Positions 20,342 to 30,929 of a stretch of 64,000 nucleotides of DNA are shown here, in pieces. The notes below the pieces were generated by a model. The model had not been told where the DNA came from. It searched no databases and saw only the letters and a list, made by a program, of their open reading frames with translations. The position numbers were made by a program, and so were the translations under genes. Each line of letters begins with the position of its first letter. Position 1 is the stretch's first letter. Source of the stretch: Ostreococcus lucimarinus (Eukaryota); the NCBI GenBank assembly GCA_000092065.1, contig CP000590.1; one strand, given 5' to 3'.

Positions 20342-21721
20342 CTAGTCGTCGATACCACACTTCAAGTTGGCTGGGAGCGACTCGTCGATTTTCTTTGGGT
20401 ACGCCAAATTCAAGTTGCTCATGATTTCTACGAACTCCTCTTTGGTCTTCTTCAACCCTAATCGCGGGTTGAGCTCTTTTTCCTCACCGATCGTACTCAC
20501 CATACGCCCCTTGTAGTCGTGCGCTGGATACACGAGCGTCTCGTCGGGGAGTTCGAAGAGTTGAGTGCGCACCGAGTCGTATAGTTTTTCGCTCGAACCA
20601 CCTTGGAAATCGGTTCGACCGCATCCACGAATGAGTAACGCGTCGCCCGTGAAGACCATATTATCGCACACGTAGCTCACGCATCCGTCGGTGTGCCCCG
20701 GAGTCGCGCGGACTTCCAAGTTGATGACGTTGGAATCGGCGCCGAAAGAAATCACGTCGCCGTGCTTGATGTGCACGTCTGCGCGCGCGCCTGAAGACTC
20801 TGCGATGACGCTTTGCAGACCGGTGACTTTCGCCTTCAAATCACCGCTGCCCGTGATGTGATCGGCGTGGCAGTGCGTGTTGATGGCGTACTTGAGCTTC
20901 AAGCCCAAATCGTTGACAACCGCCAAATCACGGTCCACCATCTCCTTCAACGGATCGATTAACACCGCCTCCTTGCTCACCGGGTCCCCCAATAAGTACG
21001 TGTACGTCGAGCTCCCGCTTGTGTCGAACAACTGTCGGAAAATCAACCCTGCATCCGGGCGCAACCCCTCGCGCACGAAATCCGCCAACGGCGGCTTGGA
21101 GAAAAACTTCAAGTCCATCGCTCTCGCGCGTTGCAACGCCCCCGCCTGCGGCCATCGCTGCTCGCGAGCCTTGAACAGTATATACGCCATACTCGCTCGC
21201 GTTGCCGTCGAGCACTGCACCATCGTCGGTCGCGGTAACGCCTCCATGGCGTCCGCCAGCTTCTTCGCCAAGCCTCGCGTGAGCGTCGCGCCCTCCACGA
21301 CGAATTGTTTAAACCCATCGCCGAGCGCTTTCTTCGCCGCCGCCGGAAACGCGGCGTCGCTCTCGGCGTTCATGTATATCCACGACTTGAACTCACCCTC
21401 GCTCAGCGCTCGATCGACGTCCGCGGCGGAGAGATCGCCGACGAGCGTGATTCGTTCGCTCGAGAATTCTCGCGCGTGCGGTAAGTCGAGCGGCATCGTC
21501 CGCGTGAGACGACGCAGAAGCGCGAACGGGGGCCGGGAGACTCGAAACGAGACACCGCGAGGGTTCGTCGAGGGGCTGGATGCGAGTCGTGAGCACAGGG
21601 ACGCCGTGACGCGCATGGGTGTGCCTGTGGCGCGCGATGGCGCGTCCGGGCGGCACCGCAGTCGGCACCGAGATGTGGAATCGACGCCGAGGGCGAGTTC
21701 GCGAGCGCGAGAGCGCGGCAC
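20342..21721 (-). CDS. ETHE1: ETHE1-type persulfide dioxygenase (metallo-beta-lactamase fold) with additional about 150-aa N-terminal domain and organellar presequence
   Basis: C-terminal MBL motifs [23 protein letters not shown] and YPAHDY match ETHE1/GLY3. The N-terminal domain ([32 protein letters not shown]...) resembles the DUF442/phosphatase-like module fused to ETHE1 in bacterial Blh proteins. Confidence 0.85.
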   Translation of the reverse strand: MPRSRARELALGVDSTSRCRLRCRPDAPSRATGTPMRVTASLCSRLASSPSTNPRGVSFRVSRPPFALLRRLTRTMPLDLPHAREFSSERITLVGDLSAADVDRALSEGEFKSWIYMNAESDAAFPAAAKKALGDGFKQFVVEGATLTRGLAKKLADAMEALPRPTMVQCSTATRASMAYILFKAREQRWPQAGALQRARAMDLKFFSKPPLADFVREGLRPDAGLIFRQLFDTSGSSTYTYLLGDPVSKEAVLIDPLKEMVDRDLAVVNDLGLKLKYAINTHCHADHITGSGDLKAKVTGLQSVIAESSGARADVHIKHGDVISFGADSNVINLEVRATPGHTDGCVSYVCDNMVFTGDALLIRGCGRTDFQGGSSEKLYDSVRTQLFELPDETLVYPAHDYKGRMVSTIGEEKELNPRLGLKKTKEEFVEIMSNLNLAYPKKIDESLPANLKCGIDD

Positions 21722-21893
21722 GCGATCGACGGCGCGCGAAAACCAAACGACACGAGAGGAAGGGTAAAACGCGATGGAACGAGAACGAGAACGAGCGAAC
21801 GCGAGAGCGGTCGACGCGACGGCGCGCGCGCCGAGGCGCGGAAACGACTACGTGTTCGACGGTCGGCCACCACAAAACTAAACTTAACCGCGC

Positions 21894-22388
21894 CTACACC
21901 GCGCGCATCAACAGATAAATCCTATCATCGATCTCAATCTCCTGCAAATTCTTCGGATCGGCCTTCAAGTTCATCAATAATCCACCGAAGGAGATGTACG
22001 CGCTCGCGCGAGTCAATCCTCCCGCGTTTTCGTCGACCTTTTTGTAACACTTCCCGTACATCACGTACTCGTACCCATCCGCCAGCGACGGCTTCCCGCT
22101 CTGATCGAACGCGTCGTCTTCCGGAGTTCCATCCAGCGACAGCGTCGGCGCGAGCGCCAGGGAGAATCTCTGTCCGACCGTCAACGGGTACACGTCGACG
22201 TTGACGTCGATCGTGAGCTCTGCGTCGAATTCGCTTCGGCACTTGTACCTCGACACGCGATCGAATTTCTTTCCATCCGGATCGCGATCGATGACTTCAA
22301 ACATATCCTCGTACTTCGTCGCCCCCCCCGCGGTGGCTTTCTGCGCCGTCGCCGCCGCGGCGGCGGATTTCTTTTTACTTCCCGCCAT
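21894..22388 (-). CDS. RPB8: DNA-directed RNA polymerases I, II and III subunit RPABC3 (RPB8)
   Basis: MAGSKKKS...YEDMFEVIDRDPDGKKFDRVSRYKCRSEFDAELTIDVNVDVYPL...YEYVMYGKCYK...SAYISFGGLLMNLKADPKNLQEIEIDDRIYLLMRAV aligns along the whole length of RPB8. Start Met at 22388; the ORF track extends it upstream through low complexity. Confidence 0.9.
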   Translation of the reverse strand: MAGSKKKSAAAAATAQKATAGGATKYEDMFEVIDRDPDGKKFDRVSRYKCRSEFDAELTIDVNVDVYPLTVGQRFSLALAPTLSLDGTPEDDAFDQSGKPSLADGYEYVMYGKCYKKVDENAGGLTRASAYISFGGLLMNLKADPKNLQEIEIDDRIYLLMRAV

Positions 22389-22700
22389 GCGCGTCGTTGA
22401 TTCTCGTGCCGCGTTCCGCGCGACGCCGGCGTTCGCGCCTCGACGATCGCGCGCTTCGAGCGCGACGACGCGACGCGGCCGCCTTCGCGCGACGCTCGAC
22501 GTTCGCGCGGGCGGTCGCGCGCGAGAGTGCGGTCGCGGTCGCGGCGCGGAATCTCGCAGGGTTACGGCGACGCCCACCCGCGCAAACAGTGCGACACCGA
22601 CGACGCCGACCGCGCGCCCGTTTTTCGCGCGTTTTTCGTCGCGAAAAACCGGCACCGACGCGCGGTCGCGTCACACCGCGACGCGCGACGCGAACGCACC

Positions 22701-25319
22701 ATGAGCGAAGACACCGAAACCTTCGCCTTCCAGGCCGAGATCAACCAGCTGTTGTCGTTGATCATCAACGTGCGTCTCGACGCCGACCGCGACCGCGCGC
22801 GCGCCGCGAACGATCGCGGCGTCGCGACGCGCATCGCGATGGCGCGTCGCGGGACGACGGCGCGTCGAACGCATCGACGCGCTCGCGACGCGAGCGAACG
22901 ACTGACGAGGAAATCGTGGATTCGAAACGATCGCAGACGTTTTATTCCAACAAGGAAATCTTCTTGCGCGAGCTCATCAGGTGCGAGGCGCGAACGGCGA
23001 CGCGATTCGCGCGCGATGGCGATCGACGCATCGCGATGCGATGGCGGCGGTTGACTTTACGCGATGACGATGCGCGCGGGCGGGCGCGGGGGGGACGGAC
23101 GCGAGCGCGCGATGCGTGAGAATTCGTTTCGACGGGCGCGCGCGCGGGCGAGGACGCGCGCGCGAGGGATGGGGTAGAAAACGCGCGATCGTGATTCGGG
23201 CGTGCGTTTTCGAGTCATCTTCCAGAAGGGTGAAGAAGGCGCGACGGCGAGGACGAGCGGCGGCGCGCGCGAGCGAGACGCTTGGACGAACGGTGTGACT
23301 GACGACGAACGGTGTGTACGCGCGAATAATAGTAACTCTTCCGATGCGCTCGATAAGATTCGATTCGAGGGCTTGACGGATAAGTCCAAGCTCGAGTCCC
23401 AACCCGAGCTGTTCATTCACGTCGTGCCGGACAAGACGAATAACACGCTGACCATCATCGATAGCGGCGTGGGGATGACCAAGGCGGATCTCGTGAACAA
23501 TCTCGGTACGATCGCGCGTTCTGGTACGAAAGCGTTCATGGAAGCGCTCACCGCGGGGGCGGATATCTCGATGATTGGCCAGTTCGGCGTCGGTTTCTAC
23601 TCGTCGTACTTGGTCGCCGAAAAGGTCGTCGTGTACACCAAGCACAACGACGACGAGGGCTACCGATGGGAATCTCAAGCCGGTGGTTCGTTCACGGTGA
23701 CCAAGGACGCGTCCGCGAACGAACTCGGTCGTGGTACGAAGATGGTGCTTCACTTGAAGGATGATCAGCTCGAGTACCTCGAGGAGCGCCGCCTGAAGGA
23801 TTTGGTCAAGAAGCACTCTGAATTCATCTCGTACCCGATTTCGCTTTGGACCGAGAAGACGACCGAGAAGGAAGTCTCCGACGACGAAGCCGAGGAGGCT
23901 GGCGAGGAAGAAGAGGGCAAGATCACCGAAATCAAGGACGAGGGTGACGAGGTCAAGGAGAAGAAGACGAAGACGATCAAGGAAGTTTCTCACGAGTGGG
24001 CCATCATGAACAAGCAAAAGCCGATTTGGATGCGCGTGCCGGAAGAAATCACCAAGGATGAGTATGCTGCGTTCTACAAGTCGCTCACCAACGATTGGGA
24101 AGAGCAACTTGCGGTGAAGCACTTCGCCGTCGAAGGTCAATTGGAGTTCAAGTCGGTGCTCTTCGTCCCGAAGCGCGCGCCGTTTGATATGTTCGACGGC
24201 AAGAAGAAGTCGAACAACATCAAGTTGTACGTCCGTCGCGTTTTCATCATGGACAACTGCGAGGACATCATTCCGGAATACTTGGGCTTCGTTAAGGGCA
24301 TCGTCGACTCCGAAGATTTGCCGCTCAACATTTCTCGCGAAATGCTCCAGCAAAACAAGATTCTCAAGGTTATCAAGAAGAACATCGTCAAGAAGTGCCT
24401 CGAGATGTTCAATGAAATCGCCGAGAACAAGGATGACTACACCAAGTTCTACGAATCTTTCGGCAAGAACTTGAAGCTCGGTATTCACGAAGATGCGCAA
24501 AACCGCAGCAAGATCGCTGAGTTGATCCGATACTCTTCCACCAAGTCTGGCGAAGAGCAAACGTCGCTCAAGGATTACGTCACGCGCATGAAGGAGGGCC
24601 AAAAGGACATCTACTACATTACCGGCGAATCCAAGAAGGCGGTCGAGAACTCTCCGTTCATCGAGAAGCTCAAGAAGCGTGGCTACGAAGTTCTCTTCAT
24701 GACCGATCCGATCGACGAGTATGCGGTGCAACAGCTCAAGGAGTACGACGGCAAGAAGCTCGTCTCCGTCACCAAGGAAGGTCTGGAGCTCGACGAAACC
24801 GAGGAAGAGAAGAAGCAAAAGGAGGAAGTCAAGGCGCAATACGAGAACTTGTGCCGATTGATCAAGGACATCTTGGGCGACAAGATCGAGAAGTGCGTCG
24901 TCTCCGACCGCGTCGTCGACTCCCCGTGCGTGCTCGTCACCGGCGAATACGGCTGGAGCGCCAACATGGAGCGCATCATGAAGGCGCAAGCGCTTCGCGA
25001 CAACTCCATGGGTAGCTACATGTCGAGCAAGAAGACGATGGAAATCAATCCGGATAACTCCATCATGAAGGAGTTGCGCAAGCGCGCCGATGCGGACAAG
25101 GGTGACAAGACTGTCAAGGATTTGGTCCTCCTCGTATTCGAAACTGCGATGCTCACCTCTGGCTTCTCCTTGGACGAGCCGACGACGTTCGGCGGTCGCA
25201 TCCACCGCATGATCAAGCTCGGTCTCTCCATCGATGAGGACGACGCCCCGGCGGTTGATGACTTGCCCGCGCTCGAGGAAGAAGTCGACGAAGGTTCCCG
25301 CATGGAAGAAGTCGATTAA
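22701..25319 (+). CDS. HSP90: cytosolic heat shock protein 90 (HSP90/HSP83), 3 exons: 22701..22769, 22937..22980, 23333..25319
   Basis: Exon 1 encodes [23 protein letters not shown]. Exon 2 encodes [14 protein letters not shown](S). Exon 3 starts [17 protein letters not shown] and runs to MEEVD at the C-terminus. Splice sites gtgcgt...cgcag and gtgcgag...aatag restore the canonical HSP90 N-terminus exactly, and the phase is conserved. Confidence 0.92.
22770..22936 (+). other. intron 1 of HSP90 (167 nt, GC-rich)
   Basis: Donor GTGCGT, branch-like CGACTGACG 33 nt before the acceptor CGCAG. Joining the flanks gives ...LIIN|TFYSN... Confidence 0.85.
22981..23332 (+). other. intron 2 of HSP90 (352 nt, GC-rich, phase 2)
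   Basis: Donor GTGCGAG, branch-like GTGACTGACG, acceptor AATAG. Joining gives ...[13 protein letters not shown]. Confidence 0.85.
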
Positions 25320-25565
25320 TCGCCGCGCGCAGCAGTTGTGTTGACAAAAACGAGAGCGCCGCGTCGGCGGCGAGGATAATAGAAGAAAATACGCACCCCT
25401 CCTTACGAGGCGTCGAGATATACACCATCAACGTGATGTAACGTCAGATTCACGCGCACACGATTCATTCGCTCGACCGCCCTCTCGTCCGCTACGCGCT
25501 CGAACCAGCCCGGCCCAACACCGTCGCGACGAGCGCGACGCGCCGCACACGCCGCCTCCGTCGGC

Positions 25566-26860
25566 ATGGCGCCCGATCGCCGACCCCCCGACGGCAAATG
25601 GGCGCGCGCGCGCATCACGCGGCCGACGTTCGGCGCCATGGCGTCATCCATAGGCGCTGTGGTCGTCCCCGTCGCGATCGCGATGGCGCTCTGCGTGTGG
25701 TTGGTGACGCTGTTGCGCGGTGACGCCACCGAAGACGCGGAGGCGACGAGCGGTGGGGTGATCTCGGCGGTGTACACCGAAAAGGTACGACGATTTAAGA
25801 CGCGCGCGCGGCGAACGGACGATTGAACGACGCGTGGGATGGGAAAACCTGATGTTGGCGCGCCGCGAGAGGGTGTTGAGACGCGGAAACGCGACCTCAT
25901 CGACGATGATACTGACGCACGCGATGTGATTTCGCGAGTAAACAGAGCGGTGATAGCGAGTACGTCAAATTTACGGGTAGTGTGGAGAACGCGGCGGTGT
26001 TCGTGGGGTTCATTACCGCCATGACGTTTGCCCTTTTTCTGCTCTTCAAGTATCGAATGGGCAAGGTGATTTGGGCGTACATGGGCTTCAGCGGATTGTT
26101 GATATTCGGCGTGCTCGGGGGAAATATTCTCATGCGAGTGCTGCAAAAGTTAGATATAGCGATAGATATGGTGACGGTGGGGCTGCTGATGTGGAATTTC
26201 TCAATCGGCGGCGTGCTGATGACATTTTTCTGGCACGGACCTCTGGTGGTGAAGCAAGGATATTTAATTTGTGTGTCCACGATCGTGTCGTTTTACTTCA
26301 CGCAGATTCCCGAGTGGACGACGTGGTCGCTTTTGATCGCGATGGCGCTGTACGATCTGTACGCCGTGCTCACGCCGAACGGGCCGCTCAGGTTGATGGT
26401 GGAGTTGGCGCAAGAGCGCGACGAAGACATTCCCGCGCTCGTGTACGAATCAAGGGGCGGAAGTTTCGGCGACGCGCGCGCTCGCGCGCGGCAAAATTCT
26501 GGTGTATCGGGCGAGGCAGTCGGGGCCGATGGGTCGCCGTACGATCCGTCGTTGGAAGCCGACGACGAAGACGGTGAGTTCGGACTTCCCGATTCCATCA
26601 AACTCGGTCTCGGAGATTTCATCTTCTACAGCGTCCTCGTCGGTCGAGCGGCGATGTGGTCTCCGATCACGTGCGCGTTTTGTTTCATCGCCGTGCTGCT
26701 TGGTTTAGTGCTCACGCTCGTCGCCCTCGGCATGTACGGCAAGGCGCTTCCCGCGCTCCCCGTGTCCATCGCCCTGGGCTCGGCGACGTACTTTCTCTCT
26801 CGATTTTTCCTCGAGCCCGCGATCGTGCAGTCCTACGCCAGGCACTTCCTGTGCGAATAG
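25566..26860 (+). CDS. PSEN: presenilin (intramembrane aspartyl protease, gamma-secretase catalytic subunit), 2 exons: 25566..25784, 25946..26860
   Basis: Exon 1 encodes TM1 and ends ...AVYTEK. Exon 2 continues SGDSEYVKFTGS... (compare human YTRKDGQLIYTPFT). It carries the catalytic YD in LYDLYAVLTPNGPLR, GLGDFIFYS, and the PAL motif in ALPALPVSI. Confidence 0.85.
25785..25945 (+). other. presenilin intron (161 nt, phase 0)
   Basis: Donor GTACGA, branch-like ATACTGACG 34 nt before the acceptor AACAG. Confidence 0.7.
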
Positions 26861-27045
26861 CGCGCGACTCGAATATTTCCCGACGACTCGCGTCGTCGTC
26901 GCCATCCGTAGAATGTAAACTTAGCCAGCCGCGTATTCCGCGCGTCGCGTCCGCCGCGCCCCGACCGGCCCTGGACGACGCGTCCCCACACCCGCGCGCG
27001 CGCCCGGTCGCGCCGATCGCCCCGTCGCGCTCGATTTCGACCGCG

Positions 27046-27557
27046 ATGTCCCTCGTCGTCGCGCGCGCGTCGACGCGCGCGCCGACGCGCGCCGGCGCGT
27101 CCGCGCGTCCGTCCCATCCGTCCCGCTCGAGGTTTCCCGCTCGAGGTTTGTCCCCAGTCTGTCGAAGCTCGGCGAGCGGAGACGGCGTCCCCGACCCGAT
27201 CAGCGCGCGCGAGAAAGCCGACGCCGCGCGCAAAGCCCTGCAGGGCGCGCTCGGGAACAAGCGCGACGTCCTGAGCAAGTTCGACGGCGGAGGAAAGGGC
27301 GGCGGGCCGCTGGACTGGTTCTTCGGCGGCGGCGGCGGCGACGACGACGGCGAAAACGCGCAAGCGCGAAAAATCGCCAACTGGGTCTTCCTCGCCTTCG
27401 TGGTGCTTTTGTTGTTCAAACCAGTCACCGCGGTGATCGTGAATGCGGTGTATTACGCGTTCGGGTGGCGCACGGGACGAGAGGCGCCGACGGAGGCGGA
27501 GCTCGCGGCGATGAACGCGCCCGCGGACGCGAGCGTGATATCAAAGTACGCCGCCGA

Positions 27558-27597
<40 letters not shown>

Positions 27598-27600
27598 TAG
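27046..27600 (+). CDS. hypothetical small membrane protein with transit-peptide-like N-terminus, Gly-rich segment, one TM helix and poly-Asp C-terminal tail
   Basis: ORF 26656..27600; the Met at 27046 begins MSLVVARASTRAP... The sequence includes GGGKGGGPLDWFFGGGGG, the TM helix WVFLAFVVLLLFKPVTAVIV, and ends D13-A. Confidence 0.4.
27556..27594 (+). repeat. (GAC)n trinucleotide microsatellite encoding poly-Asp
   Basis: GAT followed by 12 GAC, read directly at the 3' end of the ORF. Confidence 0.95.
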
Positions 27601-27727
27601 TTAAATTTGTTTGTTGCTTGTATTAGACGTAACATCGTAGGCGGAGGTATTTCCCGCGGCGTCGTTCCGCGGCTCGTCGACGAAGCCGAGCGCGCCGCGC
27701 GCCCCTCCTCACATTCGCGCACGCACC

Positions 27728-28363
27728 ATGGTCAAGCAAATCGCCAGCGCGGAAGAATTCGCCGCCATTAAAGCGGCCGGTAAACCGGTGCGTGCGTCGA
27801 CGCGCGATCGCGCGCGAATCGACGTCGACCGCGACGCGATCGCACTCGGCACCGTCTCGGAATGCGAACGCGCGATCGACGCGCGCGACGCGACGTTCGT
27901 CGAGCGAGGCGCGCGCGCGCGGGTCTGAAACGTGCGCGTCGTCATCGCGCGTCGATGCGCGGCGTCGCGCTCGCGCTCCACGCGTCTGGAACGATGCATT
28001 CGAACGCGTCGCGCGGCGGCGATCGATCGATCGCCGCGCGAAAACCGACGCGAGCCGAGCGAAGACTGACGACGTCACGCCGCGAACGCGCGTCGCGCGA
28101 AACAGGTCGTCGTTGATTTCACCGCGAGCTGGTGCGGACCGTGCAAGTCCATCGCGCCGTTCTTCGAGGAATTGGCGGCCAAGTACCCAGAAGTTGAATT
28201 CGTCAAGATCGACGTCGACGAACTCGAAGACGTCGCGGCCGAGTGCGGAATCTCCGCGATGCCGACGTTCCAAGTGTACTCCAACGGCGTGAAGGTTTCT
28301 GAAATGACTGGTGCGGACAAGGACAAGCTGTCCGCGCTCGTCAAGGATGCCAACGAGTTGTAG
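27728..28363 (+). CDS. TRX: thioredoxin (h-type), 2 exons: 27728..27787, 28106..28363
   Basis: Exon 1 encodes MVKQIASAEEFAAIKAAGKP. Exon 2 encodes VVVDFTASWCGPCKSIAPFFEELAAKYPEVEFVKIDVDELEDVAAECGISAMPTFQVYSNGVKV... with the WCGPC active site. The ORF track shows the two halves as separate ORFs in the same frame. Confidence 0.85.
27788..28105 (+). other. thioredoxin intron (318 nt, GC-rich, phase 0)
   Basis: Donor GTGCGTG, branch-like AGACTGACG 36 nt before the acceptor AAACAG. Confidence 0.8.
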
Positions 28364-28402
28364 GTGGATGAAGCGCGCGCTAGACGTACGAAAAGTTCAG
28401 GT

Positions 28403-28407
28403 GTAAT
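28403..28407 (+). promoter_or_regulatory. TGTAA polyadenylation-signal motif in thioredoxin 3' UTR
   Basis: TGTAA 40 nt after the stop codon, in an AT-richer stretch between the convergent thioredoxin and DUF760 genes. Confidence 0.4.
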
Positions 28408-28498
28408 CAGAGCGTCACTCGCGAACGTTTCAATTTATTTATCCGCTCGCGCGTTCGGGTTCCTTAATATTTCGCATTAAAATGAATCAAGCATTAAC

Positions 28499-29887
28499 CT
28501 AGGCCACGGGACTCCCGCCGTCGTCGTCGTCTCCGGACGGGAGCGAGGCCCCGGGCGGGCCCGTCGGACCGCGCGGCGTGGGGGTCAACAGTTTGGGGTT
28601 GTAACCGTCGATGTAAGTTTCGGATTGGCGCAAAAACGCGCCGAACGCCACGGCTTCGAGCACAAGGCGACGCTGCGACGCATATGCGAGCGTGAGCGTC
28701 TGTACTTTCTTCTCCGCGACCGCGTCGTTCACCGCATCCATGAGCTCTTCCGGGGTCACCGCGTTCATGCCCACCGCGTCTTGCATCTCGCGTTGCAAAT
28801 CTTCGATCGAACCGAACAACGCGCCGGTTTGGCGCTCGGCCACTTGTACGCCCTCCATGGAAACGATGCGCGCCGTTTGCGCCAACGTGGACTGATCAAA
28901 GTTCTGAATGTATTGCTTCAGAGTGAGTTGACTCCCCGTCCCGCTCGAGGGGGCGCTGTCGCTGAACAAGTCGAAATCCTCGCCGCCAAAGTTTTGCGGC
29001 GCCGCGTCAGCCTCGTCGATGGAATCCATCGCGCTGGCGCTGTTGAACAAGCGTTCGAGCGCCATGGCGCTCTCCATCGGGTCCATGGGCAAAGTGCCCA
29101 CCATGCGATCGAGCTGGAACCGCTTATCCGCGCGCGTGACAAAGTATCCAAACATGATCGACGCCGCGTACACCTGCGCCGCCTGAAGCTTGGACATCCG
29201 CACGAGCTGCGACGAGTACGCGTTCTCCCCCGCCCCTCCCAACACGGCCATCAGGTGTTCTCGCACCATGTCCAGCGCCTCCTTGCTGTGCACGCCGTCC
29301 GTCAACCGATTCAAATCGATCCCCTTCAGCATCGTCGTCTCGTCCAACGGCGGCAACATATCCACGCCGACGCTCAAAAACTTTTGAATGATCGTCGTGT
29401 ACATGATATCCTCCAGCCCGTTCCTCCGCTCCAGCGCCCGCACGTCCGCGATTCGTTTAAACAGCACCAACTGCTCCGTCTTCGCCTCCTCGCTCGCGCT
29501 CTTCGCCTCGCGTTCGACTTCCTCGCCCAGCCCGTCCAACTGCGAATCCACCGCCGCGTCGAACATCTCCGGCGCCGTTCGCAGTATGTACGCCAGCTGC
29601 TGCCCTCGCGGGCTCTCCGGCGTGCTCGGCGCTTTCAGTCCCGCCGCTGGATTCGTCTCCGCGTCCCCGAAGCCGTCGCCGCGTCCCGTCGCGCGCGCGC
29701 GTCCCGTCGCCCTCGCCCTCGCCGCGCGTCCCGCGTCCCATCGTCCGCGCGCGCGCGTCGCCGTCGCGCGCGCGCGCGCGCGCGTCGCCTCGAGCGTCGC
29801 TCGACCGATCGTCGCCGTCGCCATCGCCGTCGCGCGCGTCGTCGCGCCGCGTCGTCGTCTGTCGACGCGCGGCGAAACAATTTCCAA
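28499..29887 (-). CDS. DUF760-family protein (UV-B-induced At3g17800-like, likely plastid-targeted)
   Basis: Two DUF760-like units: ...GTLPMDPMESAMALERLF / MFGYFVTRADKRFQLDRM and LTLKQYIQNFDQSTLAQTARIVSMEG (compare plant IGTLPPQFF, TGYMFRNAQYRLELQ, LQQYLKSVQPE). Arg/Ala-rich presequence. Confidence 0.75.
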   Translation of the reverse strand: MEIVSPRVDRRRRGATTRATAMATATIGRATLEATRARARATATRARGRWDAGRAARARATGRARATGRGDGFGDAETNPAAGLKAPSTPESPRGQQLAYILRTAPEMFDAAVDSQLDGLGEEVEREAKSASEEAKTEQLVLFKRIADVRALERRNGLEDIMYTTIIQKFLSVGVDMLPPLDETTMLKGIDLNRLTDGVHSKEALDMVREHLMAVLGGAGENAYSSQLVRMSKLQAAQVYAASIMFGYFVTRADKRFQLDRMVGTLPMDPMESAMALERLFNSASAMDSIDEADAAPQNFGGEDFDLFSDSAPSSGTGSQLTLKQYIQNFDQSTLAQTARIVSMEGVQVAERQTGALFGSIEDLQREMQDAVGMNAVTPEELMDAVNDAVAEKKVQTLTLAYASQRRLVLEAVAFGAFLRQSETYIDGYNPKLLTPTPRGPTGPPGASLPSGDDDDGGSPVA

Positions 29888-29949
29888 AACATTCGCGCGT
29901 CGCCACCGCGCGACGCGCGACGACGGCGACGCGCGCGCGTCGCGCGAGC

Positions 29950-30819
29950 ATGGCGACGCGCGCGCTTCGCGCGATGGCGACGCGCGCGACGCGCGCGACG
30001 GCGACGGCGACGCCGACGCTTCGACAATCGATGACGGCGCTCGTGCGACTCGTGCACCCGGACGTGCTCGCGGCGACGCACCCCGAGCACGCGCGCGCGA
30101 ACGGCGACGCGCTGGCGCACCTGCAGGGGACGCTGGACGACGCGCGCGGGCGAGGGGCGCTGCCGGGGGCGAGGGTGCGGCGATTGCGATTTTACGTGCG
30201 GGACGACGCGCGCGCGGAGGGCGTGCGAGACGTCGGGTTCACGCTGCGCACGACGGGAGGGGACTGTCGAAACGTGATGCGACGGGATTTGGGCGCGCTG
30301 TTCGCGCAGGTGGGGATCGAGCGGGAGTTCGAGTGGGGGGAGGGCGATTGGGGCGCGACGCGGACGGAGACGGAGGCGGAGGACGAAGGCGCGCGAGGAC
30401 GCGGGGAGGGCGAGACGTCGAGGTCGAGCGAGACGCCGGAGGTGGCGCAGGCGTACAGAGAACAGACGACGACGAACGCGGGGGGCGGTGGGACGCGGAC
30501 GAGGGACGTGCACGAGGCGCTCAAGGCGTTGGATCCCGCGTTCGAGGGCGTCGCCGCCGTCGCGTGGTTGCGCGACGCGAGCGAAAACGCGGACGAGGGC
30601 GAACGGAAGCGCATCGTCATGTTTGAGGTGATTCCGCATCTCGTGCGCGAGGGATGGAATCTGAAGGGCGAGACGCTGGAGGCGATTTGGCGCGGCGAAC
30701 GCGACGAGAAGGTTTTATTGGACGGGTTGGACGGCGGCAGCGCGTTGGCCGTCGTGTCCATTTTAAAGCACACGAAGAATCTCGAGCGCATGTACGGACC
30801 AGCGCCGCGGAAGGATTAG
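29950..30819 (+). CDS. hypothetical protein with J-domain-like HPD segment
   Basis: TALVRLVHPDVLAATHPEHARANGDALAHLQGTLDD resembles the helix II/III region of a J domain, including the HPD tripeptide. The rest is non-repetitive. The overlapping minus-strand ORF is Arg-rich noise. Confidence 0.4.
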   Translation: MATRALRAMATRATRATATATPTLRQSMTALVRLVHPDVLAATHPEHARANGDALAHLQGTLDDARGRGALPGARVRRLRFYVRDDARAEGVRDVGFTLRTTGGDCRNVMRRDLGALFAQVGIEREFEWGEGDWGATRTETEAEDEGARGRGEGETSRSSETPEVAQAYREQTTTNAGGGGTRTRDVHEALKALDPAFEGVAAVAWLRDASENADEGERKRIVMFEVIPHLVREGWNLKGETLEAIWRGERDEKVLLDGLDGGSALAVVSILKHTKNLERMYGPAPRKD

Positions 30820-30929
30820 GACGTAGAATCGATCGTCCGCTAGGTACGAGTAGGTAGCGCTTGTGTAAATAGTTAGCGAAAGATGTCGAGGTGATGTATC
30901 GTTACAAACAAGTGCGTCGTCGTGATAAT

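Noticed and set aside
19178-20360. N-terminal 445 aa of the 807-aa minus ORF and minus ORF 19178..19951
   Set aside because: Pro/Arg-rich repeats (RRRARRPRRARRRR). This is the antisense of the plus ORF 19109..20260. The BRO1 gene was started at Met 19025.
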